Part shown: piece after piece, positions 1-11,425 of the stretch
Position numbering within the stretch: the stretch's first letter is position 1
Layout of the letters: every line of letters begins with the position of its first letter
DNA from: Gemmatimonadales bacterium
Lineage (GTDB): Bacteria > Gemmatimonadota > Gemmatimonadetes > Gemmatimonadales > GWC2-71-9
Direction: 5' to 3'
NCBI GenBank assembly: GCA_035637455.1
Contig: DASPXE010000007.1
Span: forward strand, 51,097 to 115,096
DNA: 64,000 bases
Program-made: the position numbers and the translations under genes
Notes under the pieces: model-generated
The model's database searches: none
What the model was told of the DNA's origin: nothing
Seen by the model: the letters and a program-made list of their open reading frames with translations, nothing else

Positions 1-607
1 ACGGGAGCTGGACGAGCAGCACGGCGGCGAGCGACGCGAGCGTGATGAGATCCTGCGCCGTCGAGAGTAGCAGCGCGATCAGCCCGATGCGCCCCACCGT
101 CTGGCGCCGCGCGCGCTCCAGGTGGTCGTAGGTCTCCGCGTCCTCGTACTGCGCGAGATCGAGCGCCGCGGCGTGCTGCATCAGGCGCACGCTGATGCGA
201 TTCGAGAACAGATCGCCCAGCAGGCTCTCGAGCAACGCCGACAGCCGGGCCAGCCCCTCCCCGGCCACGGCGATGCCGAACTCGAGCGCCAGGAGCCCCC
301 CCAGAGCCCACCAGTCGACGACGCCCTGCCCTCCGTCCACCCGAACCTTCACTGCCGCAATGACCCCGTCGATGATCAGCTTCCCGATCCACAGGACGGC
401 GAGCGGCACAAACGACCGCACCGCCCGGAGGGCCAGGATGGCGACGGTATAGCCGCGGTGGGTCTCGTAGACGAGCTTGAGCAGGGGTGGGACGTACTTG
501 AGCGCCTGGAGACGCTCGTCCCAGGTGGCGGGCTTGCCGTTTGCGCCCCCGAGCAAGCTGTTACGCTGCGTGCGGATACCGTGCGGGACGAAACGTGGCG
601 CCGTCAC
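1..607 (-). CDS. ABC exporter, fused permease/ATPase type, N-terminal transmembrane part (partial, runs off window start)
   Basis: Absent from the ORF track because it is truncated by the window edge. Reverse translation from GTG at 607 gives VTAPRFVPHG...LQALKYVPPLLKLVYETHRGYTVAILALRAVRSFVPLAVLWIGKLIIDGV...DLAQYEDAETYDHLERARRQ. This reads like the first TMD segment of MsbA-like exporters. The + ORF 122..652 is its antisense shadow. Confidence 0.55.
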   Translation of the reverse strand, partial: MTAPRFVPHGIRTQRNSLLGGANGKPATWDERLQALKYVPPLLKLVYETHRGYTVAILALRAVRSFVPLAVLWIGKLIIDGVIAAVKVRVDGGQGVVDWWALGGLLALEFGIAVAGEGLARLSALLESLLGDLFSNRISVRLMQHAAALDLAQYEDAETYDHLERARRQTVGRIGLIALLLSTAQDLITLASLAAVLLVQLP

Positions 608-630
608 AACCTTAACTTCCCCCGAGGGCT

Positions 631-2334
631 GTGCGTCAATATAACCGTATGAAGATCTGGGCCGTGGCGAGTTTGTGTGGGGCGCTGGGAGCGTCGCCCC
701 TGATGGGGGCGAGCGCCCAGGCTCCCCTCCTCACGCCCCGCGACTCCGCGCTGCACGCGCTGAACCGTCTCGCCTACGGCCCCCGGCCGGGCGAGGTGGA
801 CCGCGTCGCGGCGGCGGGCGTGATGCAATGGATCGACCGGCAGCTTTCCCCCGACAAGATCGCCGACGCTGCGCTCGCCAAGCGGGAACGACAGTTCAAA
901 ATTCTCGAGTACGACACAGGTGATCTCGCCGCCATGTACGTCGACGCGCAGCGCGAGCGGCGTGAGCGGCAGCGCGAAGCGACGGCCGCGCCGGACAGCA
1001 TGACGCGGAAGCCCGACCCCGGGGGGCCAGCCGATCAGCGGGGCCGGCGCTTCGCCGGGGAGCTCCAGGAGCTCGCCGTCGTGCGGGCCACCCTGTCGGA
1101 GCGACAGCTCTACGAGGTGATGGTCGACTTCTGGATCAATCACTTCAACGTCTTCTTGGCGAAGGGCGCGGACCGGTTCCTGACTCCGTCCTACATCGAG
1201 GCGACGATCCGGCCGCGTGCCCTGGGCAGGTTCGCGGACCTGCTGGTCGCGACGGCGCAGAGCCCGGCGATGCTGTTCTACCTCGACAACTGGGAGAGCG
1301 TCGCGCCGGGGTCCACGCCGCCGCAAGCGATGCGGCTGCGCGCCCGGCCCCTGTTTGGACGCGCCCCCCAGTTCGGCCGCCCGCCGCTGTTCGATCCGGG
1401 GCGAGACCCGATGCGCGCGGACTCGCAGCGGCAGCGGGCCCTGGAGCGCATGCCGAAGGGCATCAACGAGAATTACGCTCGCGAGCTGCTCGAGCTGCAC
1501 ACGCTCGGCGCGGAGGGCGGCTACACTCAGCAGGACGTGATCGACGTCGCCCGGATTTTCACCGGCTGGAGCATACGGCGGCCGCAGCAAGGCGGGGACT
1601 TCGAGTTCCACGAGTGGGCCCACGACTACGGCGAGAAGGTCTTGATGGGCGTGACCTTCCCCGCCGGCCACGGCCGGGACGAAGGGGTGCGCCTCCTCAA
1701 GCTGCTCGCCAATCACCCGGCCACGATGCACCACGTGAGCCGCCAACTGTGCCAGCGATTCGTGAACGACGATCCGCCCGACGGCTGCGTGGACGATGCC
1801 GTGGCCGCGTGGAAGCGCACGGAGGGCGACATCCGCGAAGTGCTGCGCGCGATCTTCACGTCGCCGGAGTTCTGGGCCGCCCCCAACGTCCGCGCCAAGA
1901 TCAAGACGCCACTCGAGTTCGTCGTGAGCGCCGCCCGTGCGCTGAGCGCCGACCCCGACACGACGCCCCGGCTGGCGCAGGTCGTGGCACGCCTCGGAGA
2001 GCCGCTCTATCTCCATGTGGCGCCCGATGGCTACCCCGAACGGGAAGAGGCGTGGGTGAACAGCGGCGCTCTACTCGACCGGATGAACGCCGCGGTCGCG
2101 CTCGCCGCGGGCCGGCTGCCCGGCGTGGCGGTGAGCATCGACTCGATCGTTCCGGCCAGCGCGGACCCCGCCCGGCTGATCGCCGCGGTCGACGCGCAGC
2201 TCCTGGGCGGCACGATGTCGGAGAACACGAAGGCGGTGATTAGACGTCAGATATCAGACATCAGTGATCCCCTGCAGGCCTGCGCGCTGGCCATCGGCCT
2301 GGCGATCGGCGGACCGGAGTTTCAAAGGCAGTGA
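631..2334 (+). CDS. DUF1800 family protein (secreted)
   Basis: 567-aa ORF with signal peptide MKIWAVASLCGALGASPLMGASAQA. Contains the characteristic DFWINHFNVF and ELLELHTLG segments and is followed by its usual DUF1501 partner. Confidence 0.8.
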   Translation: MRQYNRMKIWAVASLCGALGASPLMGASAQAPLLTPRDSALHALNRLAYGPRPGEVDRVAAAGVMQWIDRQLSPDKIADAALAKRERQFKILEYDTGDLAAMYVDAQRERRERQREATAAPDSMTRKPDPGGPADQRGRRFAGELQELAVVRATLSERQLYEVMVDFWINHFNVFLAKGADRFLTPSYIEATIRPRALGRFADLLVATAQSPAMLFYLDNWESVAPGSTPPQAMRLRARPLFGRAPQFGRPPLFDPGRDPMRADSQRQRALERMPKGINENYARELLELHTLGAEGGYTQQDVIDVARIFTGWSIRRPQQGGDFEFHEWAHDYGEKVLMGVTFPAGHGRDEGVRLLKLLANHPATMHHVSRQLCQRFVNDDPPDGCVDDAVAAWKRTEGDIREVLRAIFTSPEFWAAPNVRAKIKTPLEFVVSAARALSADPDTTPRLAQVVARLGEPLYLHVAPDGYPEREEAWVNSGALLDRMNAAVALAAGRLPGVAVSIDSIVPASADPARLIAAVDAQLLGGTMSENTKAVIRRQISDISDPLQACALAIGLAIGGPEFQRQ

Positions 2335-2381
2335 GGCGGCGGACGGGCGGACAGGCGGACTGAAAAGACGGAGCGGTACAG

Positions 2382-3635
2382 ATGACGATCTCGAGACGTG
2401 TATTCGTGAAGTCAGGCGGCCTCGCGCTATTCAGTCTGGGCTTGGATCCGCTGTTCCTCGCGCGAGCCGCCTTTGCCGTCCGTCCGTCCGCCGGTCCGCC
2501 TGACCGCCGCATGTTGGTTTGTCTGTTCCAGCGCGGCGCCGTGGACGGACTCAATATGATCGTGCCGCACGGCGACCCCCTGTACTACCGCGAGCGTCCG
2601 CGTATCGCCGTACCGCAGCACGACGTGGTCGACCTGGACGGGCACTTCGGCCTGCATCCGCGCCTCGCGGCCTTGCAGCCGCTGTGGAACAACGGGAGTC
2701 TCGCCGCCATCCACGCCATCGGATCCCCCGACTCGACGCGCAGTCATTTCGACGCCCAGGACTACATGGAGTCGGGCACCCCCGGCGCGAAGGCGACGCC
2801 GGACGGCTGGCTCAACCGCTATTGCCAGCACGACCGCGAGCACCAGAACACGCCGTTCCGCGCGGTGGCCTTCGGGCCGCAGCTGCCGCGCATCCTGGCG
2901 GGCTCGGCGCCATCGCTCGCGATCGACGACCTGCAGGCGTTCGGCCTGCGGGCACCCCAGCCGGCGGCGCGCGACCGTCTCACTCGCGCGTTCCAAGAGC
3001 TGTATGCGGGCTCGGCGACCGGGCTGCTCTCGACGTCCTCACAGGAGGCATTCGAGGCGGTCCAGATGCTGAAGCAGGTGAACCCGGGCCAGTACCAGCC
3101 GGCGAATGGTGCCGACTACCCGCGCGGCAGGTTCGGCACGGCGATGATGCAGATCGCCCAACTCATCAAGGCCGAGGTCGGGCTGCAGGTGGCGTTCGCC
3201 GACGTGACTGGCTGGGACACTCACGTGAACCAAGGGTCGAGCGCAGGGCAGCTCGCGGCACGGCTCGCGGAGTTCGGCCAGGCGCTCGCCGCGTTCGCGC
3301 AGGACCTGGGAGACAAGCTGCGGGACGTCGTGGTGCTGACCATGTCGGAGTTCGGCCGCACGGTGCGGGAGAACGGCAACTCGGGCACCGACCACGGGCA
3401 CGCCACGGCCATGCTCGTGTTGGGCGGACCGGTAAACGGGGGCAAGATGCTCGGGAAGTGGCCCGGGCTCGACCCGGCGAACCGGTTCGAGGGCCGCGAC
3501 GTGGCCGTGACGACGGATTTCCGCGATCTCTTCGCCGAGATCCTGGCACGGCATCTCGGTGCGACGGATCTGGCGACGATCTTCCCGGGATTCTCGCCGG
3601 ACCCCGCTCGGTTCCCCGGCGCGATCAGAATCTAA
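2382..3635 (+). CDS. DUF1501 family protein (Tat-exported, sulfatase-like fold)
   Basis: 417 aa with the twin-arginine motif SRRVFVKSGG at the N-terminus. The GTDHGHA segment is typical of DUF1501, and the gene is paired with an upstream DUF1800. Confidence 0.85.
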   Translation: MTISRRVFVKSGGLALFSLGLDPLFLARAAFAVRPSAGPPDRRMLVCLFQRGAVDGLNMIVPHGDPLYYRERPRIAVPQHDVVDLDGHFGLHPRLAALQPLWNNGSLAAIHAIGSPDSTRSHFDAQDYMESGTPGAKATPDGWLNRYCQHDREHQNTPFRAVAFGPQLPRILAGSAPSLAIDDLQAFGLRAPQPAARDRLTRAFQELYAGSATGLLSTSSQEAFEAVQMLKQVNPGQYQPANGADYPRGRFGTAMMQIAQLIKAEVGLQVAFADVTGWDTHVNQGSSAGQLAARLAEFGQALAAFAQDLGDKLRDVVVLTMSEFGRTVRENGNSGTDHGHATAMLVLGGPVNGGKMLGKWPGLDPANRFEGRDVAVTTDFRDLFAEILARHLGATDLATIFPGFSPDPARFPGAIRI

Positions 3636-3640
3636 GACTG

Positions 3641-3732
3641 CGTCACGGAACAACGTCACGGAGAGACGTCTCGAAACGGCGTGGACGCTGTTCCGTGACG
3701 TTTCATCGTAACGGTTCTTCGTGACGCCCTTC
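3641..3732. repeat. Seven tandem 13-bp units each starting with CGT (array A), containing a 17-nt inverted repeat and a 10-nt palindrome
   Basis: CGT occurs at 3641, 3654, 3667, 3680, 3694, 3707 and 3720. First units are CGTCACGGAACAA and CGTCACGGAGAGA. The inverted repeat 3641-3657 / 3684-3700 matches 16/17, and GAGACGTCTC lies at 3663-3672. The array fills the convergent gap between DUF1501 and htrA. Confidence 0.8.
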
Positions 3733-4807
3733 AGGTCTTTGAGTCTTCAGGCGTAATCGGCAGCGCGAGCCGCTCGGCCTTCCTCAGCACCGTGACCGTA
3801 GTCTGAATCCCGATCCGGTCCGAAGCGAGCAACCGGTGCAGGTCGTCGATGCCCGTCACGGGCTTGCCGCCCAAGCCAACGATGATATCGCCCGACCTGA
3901 CTCCCGCACGCTCTGCAGGACTGTCCCGATCCACGCCGGTCACGAGCACGCCGCTCTTCGCGTCCAGGCCGTGCGCCCGCACCACCAGCCGCGCGAGCGA
4001 GACGTTCTGCCCCGCGACCCCGATCTTGCCGCGCCGGATCTTCCCGTGCCGGATGAGCTGACCGGTCACGAACTTGGCCGTGTTGATTCCCACCGCAAAG
4101 CAGATCCCCTGAGCCGGGAGGATCACCGCCGTGTTGACGCCGACCACCCTTCCCCGCGAATCGACCAGCGGTCCGCCGGAGTTGCCGGGGTTGAGCGCGG
4201 CGTCGGTCTGGATGACGTCGTCGATGAGGCGCCCCGTGACCGAGCGGAACGAGCGCCCCAGCGCGCTCACCACGCCCGCGGTGACGGTGCTCTGGAAGCC
4301 GAGCGGGTTGCCGATCGCGATGACCAGCTGCCCCACCCGCAACGCCCCCGAATCGCCCAGCTGGGCGATGGCGAGTGACACGGGGTCCACGCGGATCACC
4401 GCGACATCGGTGTCCGGGTCGTCCCCGACCAGCTCGGCCCGGAGCCGGCGGCCGTCCGCGAATGCCGCGTCGATACGGGTGGCGTCGTGCACCACATGGC
4501 TGTTCGTGAGGACGAAGCCGTCCGGCGTGAAGACGAATCCCGAGCCGTGGCCGGGCAGCTCGCGGGCGGGGCGACCCCGGCGCTCGATCCGGTGTCGCAC
4601 CTCCACGCTGACCACGGCCGGCCCGACCGTTTCCGCCGCGCCGGTGACGGCGCGAGAATAGGCGTCGAGCAGGTCGGCGTCGACGGGTGGGAGAGTCTGC
4701 GAACCGCCGTTGTGGGGATCGCCGGCGCGCGGGTCGGCGAGTAGCTCAAGTGCGGTGTCCATACTTGGGGAACGCCCGCAGGTTCCCGATCCGCCAGACA
4801 CCGTCAC
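3731..4807 (-). CDS. HtrA/DegP-family trypsin-like serine protease with C-terminal PDZ domain
   Basis: Contains HVVHDA, DVAVIRV and GNSGGPLV (catalytic His/Asp/Ser contexts), followed by the PDZ-like segment GVLVTGVDRDSPAERAGVRSGDIIVGLGG. No obvious signal peptide. The start is ambiguous between GTG 4807 and ATG 4762. Confidence 0.85.
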   Translation of the reverse strand: MTVSGGSGTCGRSPSMDTALELLADPRAGDPHNGGSQTLPPVDADLLDAYSRAVTGAAETVGPAVVSVEVRHRIERRGRPARELPGHGSGFVFTPDGFVLTNSHVVHDATRIDAAFADGRRLRAELVGDDPDTDVAVIRVDPVSLAIAQLGDSGALRVGQLVIAIGNPLGFQSTVTAGVVSALGRSFRSVTGRLIDDVIQTDAALNPGNSGGPLVDSRGRVVGVNTAVILPAQGICFAVGINTAKFVTGQLIRHGKIRRGKIGVAGQNVSLARLVVRAHGLDAKSGVLVTGVDRDSPAERAGVRSGDIIVGLGGKPVTGIDDLHRLLASDRIGIQTTVTVLRKAERLALPITPEDSKT

Positions 4808-4892
4808 GAAGAGGCGTCACGAAGGGGCGTCACGGAGAACCGTCGTTGAACCGCTTGTGACGACGTTTCCGTGACGCCTTTTGCGCGACGTA
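4802..4892. repeat. Tandem 13-bp CGTCACGRAG units (array B) plus an inverted TTCCGTGACG copy, upstream of or overlapping the htrA 5' end
   Basis: Units are CGTCACGAAGAGG (4802), CGTCACGAAGGGG (4815), CGTCACGGAGAAC (4828) and CGTCGTTGAACCG (4841). The inverted copy TTCCGTGACG lies at 4867-4876. The core motif is the same as in array A on the other side of htrA. Confidence 0.75.
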
Positions 4893-4902
4893 TTACCGGG
4901 AC

Positions 4903-4948
4903 GTTCCCTCCTGACGTAGTTTGTAGTTCCCTCGCGACGTAGTTTGTA
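4903..4948. repeat. Tandem 23-bp direct repeat ending 3 nt before the kinase start codon
   Basis: GTTCCCTCCTGACGTAGTTTGTA (4903-4925) and GTTCCCTCGCGACGTAGTTTGTA (4926-4948) match 21/23. The segment is locally AT-rich within a roughly 70% GC genome. Confidence 0.8.
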
Positions 4949-4951
4949 AGC

Positions 4952-6883
4952 GTGATAGATCCCATTCGGCGGTTGCTGACGGAAGCCGGAAACGCCAAGC
5001 AGACCCGGGCTTTCTGGCAGGCGGCGACCGGCATCCTGAGCGACTGGGTGGGCGGGGCCCGCGTGCACGTCGTCTACAAGGGCCTGAACGAGTCCGGGAC
5101 CGTTCAGGCGGGAACGACGGCCACGGGGGGCGAGCCCTTCATCGCCGACTATCACGACGCCGAAGGCCGCCACGTGCAGGCGACGTTCCGGGGACTCCCC
5201 GACGGCTTCCCGTCCGAAGCGCTGCGCTCGGCCCTGGAGATCGCGACTCACCTGGCGGTCATGGTGGCGCGCCGCGCCGGGCTGGAGCGGGAGCGGCGAC
5301 TCGGGACGTTCCTAGTCGAGCTGTCGCGCTGGCTGCTGGCGGCGCCGGAGCGCGAGCTGCTGCTGCGCTACACGTTGCAGAGCGTGATGAGTCTGGTGGA
5401 AGCCCAGGGTGCGTTCGTCGCGCTGCGGCAGCGGGAGGGCGACGCCTTGCGGATCGCCGCCACGGTCGGTCAATGCGCCGAGCTCCAGGGACTCGAGGTC
5501 GGGCTGACGACGAGCACGACCGGCAGGGTGGTGCGCACCGGCGAGCCGCTGCTCACCGACAACATTCTCGCTGAGCCCGACGCACAGCCCGCGCTCGACC
5601 CCGCCGGCACCGCGCGGGGCGCGATGATCGCGCCGCTCAAGACATCGAGCGGCGTCGCGGGAGCCGTGGGAGTGGTCCGCTACGAACAGGCAGGTGCGGA
5701 AACCGCGGCGCCGCCGGCCTTCGGTCTGGTCGACCTGCAATACCTCGCGGCGGTCGCGGCATACATCGCCGGCGGGCTGGAGCTGTCGGAAGCGGTGACC
5801 GGCGCCCGGGCGGCTGCCGAGCGGGCGCACGCGATGGTGGACTCGAGCCCGCTGCCGCTCGCGCTGGTCGACCGGCAGGGCCGGGTGCAGCAGCTCAACC
5901 AAGCCGGGTGCCGGCTGTTCGGGATCGCGACCGAATCGCAGGCGTTGGGCGTCCACCTCGAGGCACTGGGGCTGTCACCGAGCGAGATCTCGCTCCACCT
6001 GGTCCTCGCCCGGCCGCAGGCGGGGGCGCCGTGGCACGGGCGCGTGCTCGTCACCCAGCCGGTGGGGGATCGCCGCATCTGCGACTGCACCATTACCGGG
6101 CTGTCGGGGGTGGGGCGCGACAACCTGCTCGTGGCCCTCTACGACCGGACCGACGAGCTGCGGGCCCAGCGCGAGCTGATCGCGCGGGAGAAGCTGGCCA
6201 CCGTAGGCGAGATCGCCAGCGGAGTGGCGCACGAAGTCAACAACCCCCTCGCCGCCATCCGCATGGAGGCGGAGCTGCTCGGCCGGGCGAGCAAGGACCC
6301 CGACACCAACACCACAGCGATGACCATCACCCGCGAGGTGGACCGCGCCGCGCGCATCGTGCGCAGCCTACTGCGGCTGGCGCGGCGCGCCGACACGACG
6401 CCCACGCGCGTGCAGATTAACGACCTGGTGCACGACGTCGCCGAGATCCGGCAGCGCGTGTTGCGGGCGGACAACGTGGAGTTCCGCACGCGGCTCGATC
6501 AGGCCGCGCCGCCGGTCCTGGGCCTGGGGCAGGAGCTGCAGCAGGTGGTCATCAACCTCGTCACGAACGCCGAGCACGTGGTGAAGGGGCGCGACCCTGC
6601 GGTCATTCAGCTCACGACGCAGGCGCGCGAGGGGTGGGTGCGGCTCGTGGTCGAGGACTCGGGGCCCGGCATCCCGGTCGAGATCCGCGGCCGGATCTTC
6701 GATCCGTTCTTCACGACCAAGGGGCCGGACGAGGGCACCGGCCTCGGTCTCGCGATTTGCCAGCGGGTCGTGACCGAGGTCGGCGGCAAGATCTGGCTCG
6801 AGGACTCGGCGCTCGGCGGGGCCAGGTTCGTGGTCGAGATGCCGGCCGCTCCCGAGCTCGTCACGCCGAACGCGATCGGGTGA
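4952..6883 (+). CDS. Sensor histidine kinase with GAF and PAS-like domains (cytoplasmic)
   Basis: 643 aa starting at GTG. H-box is VAHEVNNPLAAI, the N/G boxes are NLVTNAEH and DSGPGIP...GTGLGL, and the N-terminal half is GAF-like. No TM segment seen. Confidence 0.85.
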   Translation: MIDPIRRLLTEAGNAKQTRAFWQAATGILSDWVGGARVHVVYKGLNESGTVQAGTTATGGEPFIADYHDAEGRHVQATFRGLPDGFPSEALRSALEIATHLAVMVARRAGLERERRLGTFLVELSRWLLAAPERELLLRYTLQSVMSLVEAQGAFVALRQREGDALRIAATVGQCAELQGLEVGLTTSTTGRVVRTGEPLLTDNILAEPDAQPALDPAGTARGAMIAPLKTSSGVAGAVGVVRYEQAGAETAAPPAFGLVDLQYLAAVAAYIAGGLELSEAVTGARAAAERAHAMVDSSPLPLALVDRQGRVQQLNQAGCRLFGIATESQALGVHLEALGLSPSEISLHLVLARPQAGAPWHGRVLVTQPVGDRRICDCTITGLSGVGRDNLLVALYDRTDELRAQRELIAREKLATVGEIASGVAHEVNNPLAAIRMEAELLGRASKDPDTNTTAMTITREVDRAARIVRSLLRLARRADTTPTRVQINDLVHDVAEIRQRVLRADNVEFRTRLDQAAPPVLGLGQELQQVVINLVTNAEHVVKGRDPAVIQLTTQAREGWVRLVVEDSGPGIPVEIRGRIFDPFFTTKGPDEGTGLGLAICQRVVTEVGGKIWLEDSALGGARFVVEMPAAPELVTPNAIG

Positions 6884-6892
6884 GCCGACGCG

Positions 6893-7258
6893 TCAGTGCT
6901 CGAGGATGCGCTTGCGGTAGATCCCGAGCGTCACCAACCCGTACGTGCCGAGCGCGACCAGCAGCGCCGTAAGGCGCCAGTCGAAACCGAAGCGCGCCGC
7001 CCCGGCGAGCGCGGCGACCAGCCAGGCGATGCTCGCGCCGAAGCCCAGCATTACCACTTCTTTCCGCGCCATCAGGATCCCGAAGACATAGCCCCAGCTG
7101 AACCCGCACACCAGGAGGAACAGGATCCCATGCGGGATCTTGACCGGGTCGATCAAGTTCAGCGCCCCTGCGAAAAAGCAAAACAGCCCCAGCACGGTGT
7201 AGCTCGCGAGGTGCAGGGCCAGCGGCAGTGGGACGGTGCCCATGCGGTTGAACGTCAT
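6893..7258 (-). CDS. Small integral membrane protein (about 4 TM), unknown function
   Basis: 121-aa ORF with four hydrophobic stretches. Its codon usage looks coding compared with the overlapping frames. Confidence 0.5.
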   Translation of the reverse strand: MTFNRMGTVPLPLALHLASYTVLGLFCFFAGALNLIDPVKIPHGILFLLVCGFSWGYVFGILMARKEVVMLGFGASIAWLVAALAGAARFGFDWRLTALLVALGTYGLVTLGIYRKRILEH

Positions 7259-7296
7259 GGCTTTTCGTGGTGTGGGGACGACATAAGATTACCTCC

Positions 7297-7806
7297 ATGC
7301 AGGTCACTCGTACATATCTCGAGCTCACCACACCCGGTCAGTTCCAGTCCGCATTCGGGCACTTCCCGGAGATCGACATCGAGCGCGTCGCCCATCCCAG
7401 CCCGGAGCTGTACCGTCACTGCTACCGCACGGTGGGCGAGGCGTACCACTGGCGCGATCGCTGGGACTGGACAGATGAAGAGATTCGCACCCACCTCGGG
7501 AAGTCCGAGATCTCGCTCTACGTCGCCCGCCGCGATGCCGCGCTGGCGGGATGGTACGAGCTGCGGCGCGTGCCGGACGACGCCTCCGTCGAGATCGCCT
7601 ACTTCGGCCTTGCCCCTGGCGCGATCGGCGTCGGCCTCGGCAAGCATTTGCTGTCGTGCGCCGTGCGCGACGCGTGGGCGCTCGAGCCGGGGCGCGTGTG
7701 GGTGCACACCTGCACGCTCGACCATCCCCACGCGTTGCCGAACTACCGGAAGCGCGGGTTCGTGCCGTACAAGACGGAGCAATACGAGGTGGAGGTGGAT
7801 TACTGA
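7297..7806 (+). CDS. GNAT family N-acetyltransferase
   Basis: Contains VEIAYFGLAPGAIGVGLGKHLL (acetyl-CoA binding motif A) and NYRKRGF near the C-terminus. Start taken at MQVTRTYLELTTP; GTG 7267 is an alternative. Confidence 0.7.
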   Translation: MQVTRTYLELTTPGQFQSAFGHFPEIDIERVAHPSPELYRHCYRTVGEAYHWRDRWDWTDEEIRTHLGKSEISLYVARRDAALAGWYELRRVPDDASVEIAYFGLAPGAIGVGLGKHLLSCAVRDAWALEPGRVWVHTCTLDHPHALPNYRKRGFVPYKTEQYEVEVDY

Positions 7807-8210
7807 GTGGGACTCTCTCCCGCTAGATTCCCCAGCGTGACCTTCACGTGGACGCGCAAGACCAAACTCATCATCGTCGCGGTCGTGCTCGTGCCGATTG
7901 TGTTCTTCGCCCTCTACACGTGGAGCGCGCTGACGTGGAGCTACTCGAAGGGAGAGCGCGCGGGATACGTCCAGAAATTCTCCAAGAAGGGCTGGATCTG
8001 TAAGACGTGGGAAGGGGAGCTGGCCATCGTTTCGATCCCGGGCACCATGTCGGAGAAGTTCTACTTCACGGTGCGGGATAATGCGGTCGCGGCGCGGATC
8101 AACCAGTCCTTGGGCAAACGCGTCGCGCTCACGTACCAACAGCACATCGGCATCCCGACGAGCTGCTTCGGCGAGACCGAGTACTTCGTCGTGGACGTGA
8201 AGGCGGTGGA

Positions 8211-8214
<4 letters not shown>
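7807..8214 (+). CDS. Membrane-anchored hypothetical protein
   Basis: 135-aa ORF with one N-terminal TM ([19 protein letters not shown]). Its stop overlaps the acnA start as ATGA. No family recognised, and the start is uncertain. Confidence 0.45.
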
Positions 8215-10993
<2,779 letters not shown>

Positions 10994-10997
<4 letters not shown>

Positions 10998-11398
10998 TCC
11001 TCCCGATCGCCTTCATGCCCCGGCTCCGCCGGCGGGGACTTCCCAAGCAATCGGTCCAAGGCGGTGCGGAGTCGGTCCAGCGCGATGGGCTTCGTGAAGA
11101 ACTCGTCGGCGCCAAGGGCCGCCGCCTTGCGGGGGAGCGCCGGGTCGGTGAGGGCCGTGACCACGATCACCGGGACCGCGTTCGTCTTGGTCGACTTCTT
11201 GAGACGCTCGAGCACCTGCAGCCCGCTCCCGCCCGGCATGCCGATGTCCAAGATGACCGCGTCGGGTGGGTTACGCATGGCCATCATCACAGCCTGCATC
11301 GCGTCGCGCGCGATGGTCAACTCGAACCCGCTCACCTTGAGCACGCTCGAGAGCAACTGGACGGTGACGTGGTCGTCGTCTGCGATCAGAACGTGCAT
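10994..11398 (-). CDS. Single-domain response regulator (receiver only)
   Basis: Starts [16 protein letters not shown] and contains [14 protein letters not shown] and FFTKP. The 257-aa track ORF is an unsupported N-terminal extension; ATG at 11398 gives 134 aa. Confidence 0.85.
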
Positions 11399-11425
11399 GG
11401 TTTCCGCCGGTCGAGTATCCGCCTC

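Noticed and set aside
604-2016. Long ORFs antisense to well-supported genes. Examples are 604-2016, 8061-10325, 26715-29504, 38483-39628, 44145-45182, 58665-60929 and 60623-62308, plus many 60-400 aa ORFs in alternative frames.
   Set aside because: They are Arg/Pro/Gly/Ala-rich with no recognisable motifs, and they lie opposite or out of frame to genes with clear family signatures. This is the expected stop-codon-poor shadow of a roughly 70% GC genome.
3641-4951. The short tandem repeats flanking htrA considered as a CRISPR array or minisatellite.
   Set aside because: The units are 13 bp with no spacer/repeat alternation, the arrays are under 100 bp, and no cas genes are present. They are reported as regulatory or structural repeats instead.
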